From an uncultured delta proteobacterium (GTDB lineage: Bacteria > Myxococcota_A > Polyangia > Fen-1088), in the NCBI GenBank assembly GCA_963755125.1, contig CAVWIP010000012.1, forward strand, positions 309,264 to 373,263: DNA of 64,000 bases, read 5' to 3'. Under the pieces are notes generated by a model. That model made no database searches and was not told the origin of the DNA. It saw only the letters and a list, made by a program, of their open reading frames with translations. Every line of letters begins with the position of its first letter. Positions within the stretch are counted from its first letter, which is position 1. The translations under genes and the position numbers were made by a program. Positions 50,223-64,000 of this stretch are shown one piece after another.

Positions 50223-50909
50223 CTAGGGCTTGTCGGGCTTGCTCTGCGCCTTGACCGGCCAGGGCTTACCCGCCAGCGACTGGCAGGTGGTGGCGAGAGG
50301 CACCGGCCGATAGGCAAAGGTCCCGCGCTGGGACTCGCTGCTGTCACCCGCCATGGCCCGCAGGCACAGACCGCTCGCGCCGAGAATCTGCTGCTTCTGC
50401 TCGACCCTGAGTTCGCCGGAAAGACCGCGCCCGTCGAACTGCGCCCGCTCGACCGTGTAGTGCGACTGGCTGGCGACGTAGACGTCACCCGAGCAGAAAG
50501 TTCCGCTGACCGTGAAGGTCGCACCAGGATGTCCGTCGCCGTCCATGTCCTCGCTTGCCCAGGCCACGTTCCAGGGCGCGATCTTCGCCTCACCGTCGGC
50601 GGCCACGTCGATGCTCACGGTCGAGGCAGGCATGCGCGCCACGCCGGCGGGCGAAAGCGCGACGGTCACGCCCTTGATCGGCTTGGGCTCGACCCGACAG
50701 AAGCGCTGGCGCAACTCGATGTGGTCGCCCCTACGCTGCACCTTGGCGATGAGGTAGTTCTCAGTTTCGACGGGCACATCGCCATGCAGGGGCACATGGC
50801 GCTTTCCGCGCAGGATGTGATGGCCAGCCCACACCTCGGGAGGTGATGCTTCGACGGTTGGGGTTTCGCCGAGCAGAAGCAGAGCGAGAAGGGGAGCGAG
50901 GGTGAACAT
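50223..50909 (-). CDS. Hypothetical exported protein
   Basis: Signal peptide, DMDGDGHPG Ca-binding-like motif and 4 Cys. Confidence 0.6.
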   Translation of the reverse strand: MFTLAPLLALLLLGETPTVEASPPEVWAGHHILRGKRHVPLHGDVPVETENYLIAKVQRRGDHIELRQRFCRVEPKPIKGVTVALSPAGVARMPASTVSIDVAADGEAKIAPWNVAWASEDMDGDGHPGATFTVSGTFCSGDVYVASQSHYTVERAQFDGRGLSGELRVEQKQQILGASGLCLRAMAGDSSESQRGTFAYRPVPLATTCQSLAGKPWPVKAQSKPDKP

Positions 50910-50979
50910 GAGAAGGCTGGAGGCTGGAGACCGGAGAAAGACCTACAGCCTACAGCCTGTCACGCCAGCCTACGGCCTG

Positions 50980-53478
50980 CTAGCTTTCCCCAGCCGCCCC
51001 AACGCCCGACTGCGAAGACGGCGCAATCAGGTAGTCGGGCAGCGTCCGCCCGGCGCCCTGCAACCACGCGCGTGCCAACCGCCGACCGAGCACGCGGTCG
51101 GCCGAGGTGAGCATCCGGTAGGCCGCCTCGCGCACCAGCTTGTTGCGCAGCCGGTACGCCACTTCGCTGCCATCGGCTTGCCTGTGCACGAGGTCGCGCA
51201 TGACCAGATTCTCCAGCCACTCGCCCATTTCGCGCCGACTCGCCTCACCCAGCACAGCGACCAACGCCTCCGCCGAGAAGGACTTGTCGCCGTACAGGCT
51301 CGCCCCGCGCAAGACCCGCCGCACCTCGGGCGACAAGCAATCGAAACGTGCCTCGACAGCCGCCAGCACCACGTCAGGCACGCCGGGATGGCCCGCTGCA
51401 ATGGCGTCCACCATCTCTTCCAGAAACATGGGATTGCCTTCCCAGCGCTCGAGCACGAAGTGCTCGGCATCAGGTGTCAGCGGGGGAAGCTGCATGCGCA
51501 GCAGGCTCTGCCCGGCTTTGCGTGACAACGGCGCCAGCCGGATGGTCTCGACCATGCGTTCGCCCCACAAACCGGGGAAGTGCTCCTCCACCTCCGGCCG
51601 ACCAAGGGCCAGCACCAACAGCGGCTGATCCGAAAGCAGGCCCAGCACCTCGTCCATGACTTGCACGCTGGCCGCGTCCGCCCACTGTAGATCCTCCAAG
51701 GCCACGATGGGAGCGCCGCCCGCACACTTGCCGCGCAACCACTGCGCGAGGTCTTGCTTGACCTCGACCGCCTCGCGTCCGCTGGTCTGGATTCCCACAG
51801 CAGCCAGCAAGGGGCCCAGCAGCGCGAAATCCGATTCGGACCGAACCAGCGTTCCCGTGCAGCGAATGATGTTCCCGGGCAACTCCCTGGTCAGGGAGAA
51901 GAATTCGCGCACCAGACGCGTCTTCCCTATGCCTGACACGCCCATCACCAGCGCCGCGCGCGCCACCCGTTCGCGCACGCATTCCTCGCGCAGCGACATG
52001 AGCAGGTCCAGCTCCCGCTCCCGCCCCACCAGAGGCGTCACCTGCCCGCCCACCATGCGGGGCCGTTCTGGCCCTGACCCGCCAGCCTCGGCAAAAAGCA
52101 GCGCGCCGCCATCCGCATCGCCCACGACAAAGCGGGCAGGCAAGAGACGCCGCGTGGTCTCGTCGATGCGCACCGTGCCGGCTTGCTGGCCTTGCATGAG
52201 CGCGGGCAAGGAGTCCATCAGACGGCCGACGGGAACCCGCGCCATGAAAGCCGCCCGGCCCGACCCGATCGCGATCTTGGCGTCCGGCTCCGTGTCCCGC
52301 AGCACCAGAGCAGCGCGCGCAATCTGCATGGCCTGCTCGCGCGCCGTGCCCACGGCTGGCGCGGTCGCCAGGAAGGTACGATCGATCAGGCGGTCCATCT
52401 CGCAACCCAGCGCGCGTATGGCCGTTTCCAGGGCGGCGAAACGCTCCGGGCTTTCGTTCTTGACCTCAACCGCCTTGTTCGTGGCTTGCCAGGGGAAGGC
52501 CGCATGAGGCCCGAGCCGGCGCTCCTGCACCGTCCGCCGCGGCCCATCGGCCACCGGTCGCCGCCCCAGCGAAATCAGCATCGCACAGATTGTGCGCTCC
52601 TCCGATTCGCTGATGCTGCTGGGGCGCAGCGGGGGAGGCGGCTTGGCCGATGCGGTCTCCGCGCCAAGGTCGCCTAGGCGCTGCGCAAGAACGCGGAAGT
52701 CGCCTGCCAGGACTCTTGCCGACACAGGCCGCGCGTTCGGATCCGGTTGCAGCATGCGGTGGATGGTCTGCTCCAGCTCGGGCGGCACGTTCGAACGGCG
52801 CGACGACAGCGGCGCCAGCGTGCCTGCACACACCTTCTGCATCACCTCGGTCGCATTGTCGCCGGTGAAGGGCGGATCGCCGGTCAGGGCCTCGTACAGC
52901 ACGCACCCGAGGGAGAAGATATCGGCCCGGCCATCCACGTCGTGGCGGCCGCGCGCCTGCTCGGGCGATGCGTAGAGCGGCGTCCCCACCGTGGAGCCCT
53001 TCTGCGTGAATCGCTTGGGGTCGAACACCCGGCGGGCTATGCCGAAGTCGAGAATGCGCGTGTCGGTGAGCCGCCAGCCCACCAGGAAGACGTTGCTCGG
53101 CTTGATGTCGCGGTGGACAACGCCGCGCTCATGCGCAGCGGCCAGCGCGTCCAGCACATGATGGGCCAGATGCGCGACAGCCGCAGGTCCCAACGTGCCG
53201 CGCGACAGGCGCTCTTCCAGGGTTTCCCCCTCAAGCCACTCCATGACGATGAAGGGCGATCCACGGGGCGCCGTGCCTCGATCGAAATAGCGAACGATGC
53301 CCGGATGTGACAGCTCCGCCAGGAGGCGTGCCTCTTGGTCGAACCTTGCGGTTTCGGTGGCGGTCCGAACGTGAAGCACCTTGAGCGCAACCACGGCCCC
53401 TGTCTGACGATCGATTGCCTGGTACACCGTGCCCATCCCGCCCGTGCCTGCCTCACTCTTGAGCTCAAAGCGATCCAT
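50980..53478 (-). CDS. Ser/Thr protein kinase fused to degenerate cyclase-like and AAA ATPase domains
   Basis: GTGGMGTVY, VALK, HRDIKPSN, DFG, GTPLYASPE; LVGRERE, GVSGIGKT, LEDLQWAD and EGNPMFLEE. Confidence 0.9.
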   Translation of the reverse strand: MDRFELKSEAGTGGMGTVYQAIDRQTGAVVALKVLHVRTATETARFDQEARLLAELSHPGIVRYFDRGTAPRGSPFIVMEWLEGETLEERLSRGTLGPAAVAHLAHHVLDALAAAHERGVVHRDIKPSNVFLVGWRLTDTRILDFGIARRVFDPKRFTQKGSTVGTPLYASPEQARGRHDVDGRADIFSLGCVLYEALTGDPPFTGDNATEVMQKVCAGTLAPLSSRRSNVPPELEQTIHRMLQPDPNARPVSARVLAGDFRVLAQRLGDLGAETASAKPPPPLRPSSISESEERTICAMLISLGRRPVADGPRRTVQERRLGPHAAFPWQATNKAVEVKNESPERFAALETAIRALGCEMDRLIDRTFLATAPAVGTAREQAMQIARAALVLRDTEPDAKIAIGSGRAAFMARVPVGRLMDSLPALMQGQQAGTVRIDETTRRLLPARFVVGDADGGALLFAEAGGSGPERPRMVGGQVTPLVGRERELDLLMSLREECVRERVARAALVMGVSGIGKTRLVREFFSLTRELPGNIIRCTGTLVRSESDFALLGPLLAAVGIQTSGREAVEVKQDLAQWLRGKCAGGAPIVALEDLQWADAASVQVMDEVLGLLSDQPLLVLALGRPEVEEHFPGLWGERMVETIRLAPLSRKAGQSLLRMQLPPLTPDAEHFVLERWEGNPMFLEEMVDAIAAGHPGVPDVVLAAVEARFDCLSPEVRRVLRGASLYGDKSFSAEALVAVLGEASRREMGEWLENLVMRDLVHRQADGSEVAYRLRNKLVREAAYRMLTSADRVLGRRLARAWLQGAGRTLPDYLIAPSSQSGVGAAGES

Positions 53479-53555
53479 GAAGTCAGTGCCGCTGGCGGAT
53501 GTTCGAGACTCCACGCATACCCAATCGGTACGAAGATTCGCTCGCTTGAGGTAGC

Positions 53556-53603
53556 TTGACAAGAAACCGGCTATCAGTAATCCTCAAATCAGGATTTCCG
53601 GAT
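53556..53603 (+). promoter_or_regulatory. Sigma-70 promoter and SahR-like operator
   Basis: TTGACA at 53556. Near-palindrome ATCAGG-ATTT-CCGGAT (53588-53603) overlaps the start codon. Confidence 0.55.
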
Positions 53604-54599
53604 GGATACAATAGCAGTAGCCGTTGATCTGCTTCACCTTTTTGGTGATTCCACCCGTCTGCGGCTGGCGTCCTTGCTTGGGAAAAATGAGCTTACGGTT
53701 GCGGAGATTACGCAGATTACTCAGCTTCCCCAGTCGCGGGTGTCGACCCATCTGGGAAAACTGCGCGAAGCCGGCGTGCTGCGCGACCGGCGCGAAGGCG
53801 CGCAAGCCTATTACGTCATGAATGATGACGGCATGCCGGCTAGCGCGCACAGGCTGTGGGCGCTGCTTGGTCGAGAACTCAGCGAGCCGCTTCTGCGCAG
53901 CGATCAGGAACGCTGTCAGGCCGTGTTACGCGCGCGGCGCGGGGTTGCCAACTGGCCCGAGACCGTGGCCGGCCAGATGGAGCGGCACTACTCACCGGGT
54001 CGGACCTGGGAGACCACGGCGATCGGCGTGCTGGGGTTGCTGCACCTGGGGGACGTGCTGGACGCCGGCTCGGGCGACGGAACCATCGCCGCGCTCCTGG
54101 CTCCGCGCAGCCGCCGCGTGACCTGCCTGGACATCAGCCCCAAGGTGCTGCAAGCCTGCCACAGGCGACTGCAAGGACTGGCCAATGTGGAGTTCGTGCT
54201 GGGTGACGTACAAACGTTGCGATTCGCCGACGCGAGCTTCGATCAGGTGCTGCTGCTCAACTTGCTGACCTACGCCACCGAGCCAGCGCAGGCGTTGGCC
54301 GAGGCTGCCCGCGTGCTGCGGCCAGGTGGCGATCTGGTCGTGACCACGCTGGCGGCCCATGAGCATCGCGACGTGACCGCCGGCTACGGCCACGTGCACG
54401 CAGGCTTCCGGCCGCAGGCGCTGCGGGACTGGCTGACCCAAGCGGGGCTTGTGGTGGACAGCTGCGAGATGACCTCGCGGGAAAAGCGCGCGCCCCATTT
54501 CGCCGTGGTGAGCGCCTTCGCGCGCAAGGCTGCGAGCCGGACGGGCGAGCCCAGGCCGACAGCCAAGGCTGGTTTGCCCGCAGAGAAAGAGAGGCACGC

Positions 54600-54603
<4 letters not shown>
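53602..54603 (+). CDS. ArsR-family HTH fused to SAM-dependent methyltransferase domain (SahR-like regulator)
   Basis: [23 protein letters not shown] and VLDAGSGDG. Translationally coupled to metH. Confidence 0.85.
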
Positions 54604-58277
<3,674 letters not shown>

Positions 58278-58287
58278 AGCGTGTTTG

Positions 58288-58989
58288 ATGGGTGCTGAGA
58301 TCGCGTTCCGCCTCAGTCTGGTGCACGGCCGGTGCGTGGGCGTTCGCATACCAGCACAGGTAAACGAGGCGGTCCTGGCGGCGCTGGTTCCCGACGAGCG
58401 CACGTTCGTATCGACCTTGGCCCCCGGCCGTCACCCAAGCTGGGTCGCCGGCCGGCTCGCCCTGCGCGAAGCCTTTCGTGACCTCGGTATCGAGCCCGGC
58501 CCGATCCTGGCCACCCGGCGCGGCGCCCCGGCACTGCCCTCGGATCTGGTCGGCTCCATCAGCCACAAACGCATGCTGGCGGTCGGGTTGGCGGCTCGCC
58601 GCGAGGGCGGCGCCAGCATCGGCGTGGACCTGGAAACCAGTCCGCCGGCCTTTGCATCGGCCCACCAGGCCCAGTCCCAGGCCCGGCCGGACGTGCGCAC
58701 GCGCGTGCTCACCCACGATGAGCTGCTTCGGCTCGAGAGCGTGCCCGAGGAGAACCGCCGGCGTACGGTCATCTTGCACTTCTCGCTCAAGGAGGCGCTG
58801 TACAAGGCCATCGATCCCCTGGTGGGCCGGCATGTGGCGTTCCATGAAGCCAGCATGACCCCTTTGCCCGACGGGTCGGCCTCGATTGCACTGGCCCTAT
58901 CCGAGGACGACGGGTCATTTTTTGCCGTCGGCTCCTGGACCGAGGTCGAGGATCACTTCCTCACCACGGCACGCGTGCAACGACAGTAG
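58288..58989 (+). CDS. 4'-phosphopantetheinyl transferase (EntD/Sfp type)
   Basis: WVAGR, GSISHK, IGVDLE and FSLKEALYKA. Confidence 0.9.
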   Translation: MGAEIAFRLSLVHGRCVGVRIPAQVNEAVLAALVPDERTFVSTLAPGRHPSWVAGRLALREAFRDLGIEPGPILATRRGAPALPSDLVGSISHKRMLAVGLAARREGGASIGVDLETSPPAFASAHQAQSQARPDVRTRVLTHDELLRLESVPEENRRRTVILHFSLKEALYKAIDPLVGRHVAFHEASMTPLPDGSASIALALSEDDGSFFAVGSWTEVEDHFLTTARVQRQ

Positions 58990-59179
58990 CTCTCAGCGGA
59001 GCAGGCGAAACGGGGCTCGGAACTGCTTCCAGTCGAGATCGATCGGGCGTGCCTTGCCGGGTCAGTTTGCCGATGCCTGCGCGGAGAGCTGCACCCGCTC
59101 GTCGAAGCAAGGTGGGTGCTGCTGTACTGAAGCACTGGCGCGAGATTCTGCCAACCGATGGTGCTAGAAGAAGTGCGCC

Positions 59180-59488
59180 ATGCCCCGCATTCAACCCGAC
59201 GAGGTCCGCACAATCGCGGCGCTCGCCCGCCTGCGCCTGTCCGAGACGGAGATCGAGCGGATGACCCATGAGCTGGACGCCATCCTCGAGTACATCGACA
59301 CGGTGAAAAACCTGGACACAGGCAACACCGAGCCCATGACCCACGCCGTGCCCTTCGACTGTCCCTTACGGCAGGACAAGCCCAAGCCGTCGCTTTCGGT
59401 GGAGGAGGCTTTGCAGAACGCGCCCCGGCGACGCGATTCCTTCTTCGAGGTGCCGCGCATCGTGCCCGGCGCAGGCGAGGGATCCTAG
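59180..59488 (+). CDS. gatC: Asp/Glu-tRNA amidotransferase subunit C
   Basis: IAALARL, LQNAP..FFEVPRI, located upstream of gatA. Confidence 0.93.
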   Translation: MPRIQPDEVRTIAALARLRLSETEIERMTHELDAILEYIDTVKNLDTGNTEPMTHAVPFDCPLRQDKPKPSLSVEEALQNAPRRRDSFFEVPRIVPGAGEGS

Positions 59489-59490
59489 TC

Positions 59491-60966
59491 ATGGCCGCGC
59501 CGCAAGTGAAGGGCGCCTCCATCGCCGAGTTGGCCGATGGGGTGCGCGCGCAAAAGTGGAAGGCCCGCGAGCTGGTCGAGTCCTACCTCGACCGCATCGC
59601 TCGCCTGGATGGCCGGCTGGGCTGCTACTTGCTGGTCGACGCCGACGGGGCGCGGCGGCGCGCTGACCAGATCGATGCCACGGTCGCAGCGGGCCGAGAT
59701 CCGGGCCTGCTGGCCGGCGTGCCGATTGGTCTCAAAGACATTTTCGTGACCCGGGGCCTCCAGACCACAGCCGGGTCGAAGATCCTGCGCGGCTTCGTGC
59801 CGCCCTATGAGTCGACGGTGTCCGCGCGCCTGGCTGCCGCGGGCGCCATTGCCCTGGGCAAACTGAACATGGACGAGTTCGCCATGGGCTCGTCGAACGA
59901 GAACAGCGCTTTCAAACCAGTGCACAATCCTTGGGATCTGGAGCGCGTGCCCGGCGGATCCTCGGGCGGCTCGGCAGCTTCCGTCGCAGCGTCGCTGTGC
60001 GCGGGCAGCCTGGGCACTGACACCGGCGGATCGATTCGCCAGCCGGCCTCCCTGTGCGGCGTCGCGGGAATGAAACCGACCTACGGCCGCGTGTCCCGCT
60101 ATGGCGTGATCGCGTTTGCCTCGTCGCTGGATCACCCGGGTCCCTTCGGCCGCACCGTCGAGGACGTGGCCACGCTCCTGGAGGTCATCGCGGGCCACGA
60201 CCCCTGCGACGCGACCTCGATTCCTTCTCCAGTCGGCCGCTACCGGCAGGCCTGCGACGCCGGTTTGGCCGGCATGCGCGTGGGCGTGCCCGAGGAGTAC
60301 CTCCAGGCCGGCATGGATCCCGAGGTGGAGGCCGCGGTTCGTGGGGCCATCGACGAAATCGCGCGCGCCGGCGCCAAGCTGGTGCCGGTCTCGCTACCCC
60401 ACACTCAATACGCGGTCGCGACCTACTATCTGGTGTGCACAGCCGAGGCCTCGTCGAACCTGGCGCGCTACGATGGCGTTCGCTACGGCCATCGCACCGC
60501 CGAGGCCTCGTCGCTGGAAGAGCTGTACAGCAAAACACGCGGCGAGGGGTTTGGCACCGAGCCCAAGCGCCGGATCATCCTGGGAACCTACGTGCTGCGC
60601 TCGGGCTACTACGAGGCCTACTACGGCAAGGCTCTGCGCGTGCGGCGCAAGATCGCCGACGATTTCCGCGCGGTGTTCGACAAGTGCGACGTGCTGGCCA
60701 CGCCCACCTCGCCCACCGCCGCGTTCAAGCTGGGTGAGCGCCAGGCCGACCCGTTGCAGATGTACCTGGCTGACATCTACACCGTGGCACCGGCGCTGGC
60801 TGGCGTGCCTGCCCTGTCCCAGTGCTGCGGCTTCACCAAAGGCAACCTGCCCATCGGGTTGCAGCTCATCGGGCCGCCACTGGGAGAAGAAGCCGTGTTC
60901 CGCGTCGCGGGCGAGTACCAGCGCCGCAGCGACTGGCACAAGCGACTGCCCGAGGATCCGTCATGA
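59491..60966 (+). CDS. gatA: Asp/Glu-tRNA amidotransferase subunit A
   Basis: GGSSGGS, GTDTGGSIRQPA and SSNLARYDG. Confidence 0.96.
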   Translation: MAAPQVKGASIAELADGVRAQKWKARELVESYLDRIARLDGRLGCYLLVDADGARRRADQIDATVAAGRDPGLLAGVPIGLKDIFVTRGLQTTAGSKILRGFVPPYESTVSARLAAAGAIALGKLNMDEFAMGSSNENSAFKPVHNPWDLERVPGGSSGGSAASVAASLCAGSLGTDTGGSIRQPASLCGVAGMKPTYGRVSRYGVIAFASSLDHPGPFGRTVEDVATLLEVIAGHDPCDATSIPSPVGRYRQACDAGLAGMRVGVPEEYLQAGMDPEVEAAVRGAIDEIARAGAKLVPVSLPHTQYAVATYYLVCTAEASSNLARYDGVRYGHRTAEASSLEELYSKTRGEGFGTEPKRRIILGTYVLRSGYYEAYYGKALRVRRKIADDFRAVFDKCDVLATPTSPTAAFKLGERQADPLQMYLADIYTVAPALAGVPALSQCCGFTKGNLPIGLQLIGPPLGEEAVFRVAGEYQRRSDWHKRLPEDPS

Positions 60967-62402
60967 GCGTCGATCGATATGAGGCAGTCATCGGGTTGGA
61001 GGTGCACGTGCACCTGGCCAGCCGTTCTAAAATCTTTTCCTCGTCGTCGACCGCGTTCGGTGAGGAGCCCAATTCCTGCACCGATCCGGTGTGTCTGGGT
61101 TTGCCGGGCGCCCTGCCCGTGCTCAATCGGGCGGTGGTGGACGCGGCGGTGCGCCTGGGTCTGGCCGTGGGTTCGCACATCCGGCCGCGCTGCCGTTTCG
61201 CGCGCAAGCACTACTTCTACCCGGACTTGCCCAAGGGGTTTCAGATCTCGCAGTACGAGGAACCCCTGTGCGAGGGCGGTGCAGTTGAGTTCCGTGTCGC
61301 GGGCGAATCCCGACGGGTGCGCTTGACCCGCATCCACCTGGAAGACGACGCGGGCAAGAACATCCACGACGATTCGGGCGTCAGCTTCGTGGACTTCAAC
61401 CGCGCGGGCGTGCCCCTGGTCGAGATCGTGAGCGAGCCCGACATTCGCTCGGCGGAAGAAGCGGCCGAGTACATGCGCGCGCTACGCACCCTGGTGCGCA
61501 TGCTGGGGATCAGCGACGGCAACATGGAGGAAGGATCGCTTCGTTGCGACGCCAACGTCTCGCTGCGATTGCACGGCGCAGAAAAACTGGGCACCAAGGC
61601 CGAGCTGAAGAACATCAACTCGTTCAAGCACGTGCGCGAGGCCATCGAGCACGAGATCCGGCGCCAGGCTGTTGTGCTGGATCGCGGTGAGGCGGTGGTG
61701 CAGGAGACGCGGCTCTGGGATCCGGAGCGCGGCCTGTCGCAATCCATGCGCAGCAAGGAGCACGCGCACGACTACCGCTATTTCCCCGAGCCGGACTTGC
61801 CGCCGCTGGCGGTGGACCAGGATTGGATCGAACAAGCGCGAGCATCGCTGCCCGAGTTGCCCGAGAGCCGTTACCGCCGCTACACGGGCGCCCTGGGGCT
61901 GTCCGCTCAAGACGCCGGCGTGCTGACCTCCGAGCGCGAGATCGCGGACTACTTCGACGCCGCAGCCAGTGCCTGCGCGGCGCCGGCCAAGAAACTGGCC
62001 AACTGGATCATCAACGAGGTGCTGGCCCGCGTGGCCGATCCGCGCGCGCTGGCTGCCGCGGATTTGCCCGTGCCGCCGGTGGCGCTGGCCGAACTGGTGG
62101 ATCTGGTCGAGAAGGGAACTCTCTCGGGCAAGCTGGCCAAGGACGTGTTCGGTCGCATGTGGCAGGAGAAGCGGCGGGCCGGCGAGATCGTGGTCAGCGA
62201 ATCGGTGGCGGTCGTGTCCGATGCGGGGCTCATCGAGGAGATCTGCCAGAAGGTGGTTGCGGCGTGCCCGGACGAGGTCGCGCGCTTTCGCGCGGGCCAA
62301 GGCAAGCTGCTCGGCTTCTTCGTGGGCAAGGTGATGAAGGAGATGGGCGGCAAGGCCAATCCCAAGACCGCAAACGAAATCCTGCAGCGGCTGCTGGGCT
62401 AG
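60963..62402 (+). CDS. gatB: Asp/Glu-tRNA amidotransferase subunit B
   Basis: IGLEVH, RKHYFYPDLPKG, LRCDANVS and YRYFPEPD. Confidence 0.96.
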   Translation: MSVDRYEAVIGLEVHVHLASRSKIFSSSSTAFGEEPNSCTDPVCLGLPGALPVLNRAVVDAAVRLGLAVGSHIRPRCRFARKHYFYPDLPKGFQISQYEEPLCEGGAVEFRVAGESRRVRLTRIHLEDDAGKNIHDDSGVSFVDFNRAGVPLVEIVSEPDIRSAEEAAEYMRALRTLVRMLGISDGNMEEGSLRCDANVSLRLHGAEKLGTKAELKNINSFKHVREAIEHEIRRQAVVLDRGEAVVQETRLWDPERGLSQSMRSKEHAHDYRYFPEPDLPPLAVDQDWIEQARASLPELPESRYRRYTGALGLSAQDAGVLTSEREIADYFDAAASACAAPAKKLANWIINEVLARVADPRALAAADLPVPPVALAELVDLVEKGTLSGKLAKDVFGRMWQEKRRAGEIVVSESVAVVSDAGLIEEICQKVVAACPDEVARFRAGQGKLLGFFVGKVMKEMGGKANPKTANEILQRLLG

Positions 62403-62686
62403 GTGCCGGTTCCAGGGCCGGGACCGACTGCCGGAGCCGGATTCGGCCACCGGAGCCGACTGCCGGCCACCGGATCCAGTAGTTGCACATCCCGACTTCG
62501 GAGATGGTGGTTGCGACGACAAGATCCGACCGATCACGTGGCGCTCGGCGAAGAAGATACCCCCCTCCCGGGACCGGCCAGGCCACCATGTCAAACTGCC
62601 ACCCCGTTCTCCGGTGAACGTGTACACTACAGTTCGTCCGGACGAGGGCCGGGCCAACCAAATGTTACGAGACGAGGAGAGAGAAC

Positions 62687-63292
62687 ATGCGAACCGTGTG
62701 GCGATTGCTGGTCATGCTGGCGGTGACGGGGCTCGCGCCGTGTGCGATCGCGGGGTCGAAGACAACATCGGACGAGCATCAGCTCAATGCGTGCGGCTGC
62801 TACCGAAACTTGGCGGGGGTTTGCTTCTGCGAAAAGAAGGGCAAGTGCGAGTGTCCGGGCGAGTGCGAGCCCAAGGGCTGCGCCGAAAAACGCGAGAAAG
62901 ATCTGGACCGAGAAATTCAAGCGGAGACCAAGCGCGCGCAAGAGGCCGAGAAGAAGAAACAGGAAGAAGAGGCCGAAAAGCAGCGCAAGGCGAAAGAGGC
63001 GGAAGAGGAGAGCGCCAGAGGTGAGGGCGTCGCCGAAGGCCAAGCCGAGAGCAGCGAGCCCGACGACCAGGCTCAGGCCAAGGACAAGAAGGGCAAGGAC
63101 AGCAAGAAGGCCAAGAAGGGTGAAAAGGCCGAAAACGCCGACAAGACTGACAAGGCCGATAAGGCGGCCAAGACTGACAAAGCCGCCAAGACCGACAAAG
63201 CGGTCAAGACCGACAAAGCAGGTAAGACTGACAAGGCAGCCAAGACCGACAAAGCGGCCAACGCCGACAAGACGAAGTCAGACGTCCCGTAG
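62687..63292 (+). CDS. Hypothetical exported protein with Cys-rich mini-domain, coiled coil and (AAKTDK)n tail
   Basis: GAGGAG RBS, signal peptide, an 8-Cys cluster and 18-bp repeats at about 63135-63272. Confidence 0.7.
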   Translation: MRTVWRLLVMLAVTGLAPCAIAGSKTTSDEHQLNACGCYRNLAGVCFCEKKGKCECPGECEPKGCAEKREKDLDREIQAETKRAQEAEKKKQEEEAEKQRKAKEAEEESARGEGVAEGQAESSEPDDQAQAKDKKGKDSKKAKKGEKAENADKTDKADKAAKTDKAAKTDKAVKTDKAGKTDKAAKTDKAANADKTKSDVP

Positions 63293-63329
63293 TTTCAGCT
63301 CGACGATGGGGCATGTTTATGTGTAGCCT

Positions 63330-63449
63330 ACTTCGTTCAGCATTTCTCGTATTGCTGGTCTCGCACGTCGCAGGATTGACCACATCGAAATATTCATTAA
63401 CCTTCAATTCGATCCATTCGCCATTGATGTAGTTAAGAGTCTTTGCATG
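63330..63449 (-). pseudogene. Aldehyde (methylmalonate-semialdehyde-type) dehydrogenase N-terminal fragment
   Basis: KTLNYINGEWIE..YFDVVNPAT. The ATG is one base out of frame and the sequence is AT-rich. Confidence 0.55.
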
Positions 63450-63456
63450 ACTGCCT

Positions 63457-63892
63457 CTACACAACCAATTTATCCATAAATTCAGATAAGCCTTCATCAA
63501 CTAAATTCAAGCCTTCATCCAGTTGCTTTTCATTGATGATCAGCGGCGGCACGACGAATAAAATATTTTTGAAATTGAAAACATAAACGCCGTTGGAAAT
63601 CAGAAAATTCTTCAGCGGGCGTTAAATCCAGCGGCTCTTTCGTTTCGCAATTATTAACAAACTCAATTCCGGAGAACAATCCAATATAACGCACATCGCC
63701 AATGGATGGATGCTTCGCCTTCAATTCTTCGAGCCGCTTGCCAAGATGCTTTCCAACCTTTTTAGAATTTTCAAAAATCTTTTCTTCTTCATAAACTTCA
63801 ATCGTTGCCAGCGCCGCGGCGCAGGCCAATGCGTGGCCGTTATACGTCAAGCCTGCATAACGACAATCACCGCGCCAAGCAGCAGTCTGCAA
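63457..63892 (-). pseudogene. Class-III aminotransferase C-terminal fragment, frameshifted
   Basis: GLTYNGHALACAAALATI..IGDVRYIGLF continues in another frame as NILFVVPPLIINEKQLDEGL. AT-rich. Confidence 0.7.
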
Positions 63893-63899
63893 AGTGGTT

Positions 63900-64000
<101 letters not shown>

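Overview
This is a GC-rich chromosomal segment whose gene content resembles Myxococcota (Polyangia-like); the taxonomy is inferred from Cys-rich lipoproteins, a TSP3/OmpA protein, a kinase-ATPase fusion and a Crp/Fnr regulator. Most of the window is housekeeping and envelope genes: truD, an ExbB/ExbD/TonB set, folE, a second fusA, SRAP, HU, two leuB-family genes, ssb, Slt, SahR-metH and gatCAB. Accessory parts include an internally deleted IS1182-like element, an IS91-like remnant beside a 123-bp leuB duplication, and a small HNH/hicBA islet. There is also a cluster of Cys-rich lipoproteins (one with four disintegrin-like repeats), a GH12-fold lipoprotein lacking the catalytic nucleophile, and an EXPERA-SDR-DUF1295 sterol/lipid-type operon. 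The most notable non-coding signals are a ~333-bp inverted-repeat-bounded, heavily structured intergenic element (19230-19562) and many start codons 5-12 nt after a (TGn)TAnnnT -10-like box with no Shine-Dalgarno sequence. The last ~700 bp are AT-rich, frameshifted and end in poly-G, so they are probably an assembly artefact. No rRNA, tRNA or CRISPR array was recognised. All calls come from reading motifs by eye; no database searches were run.
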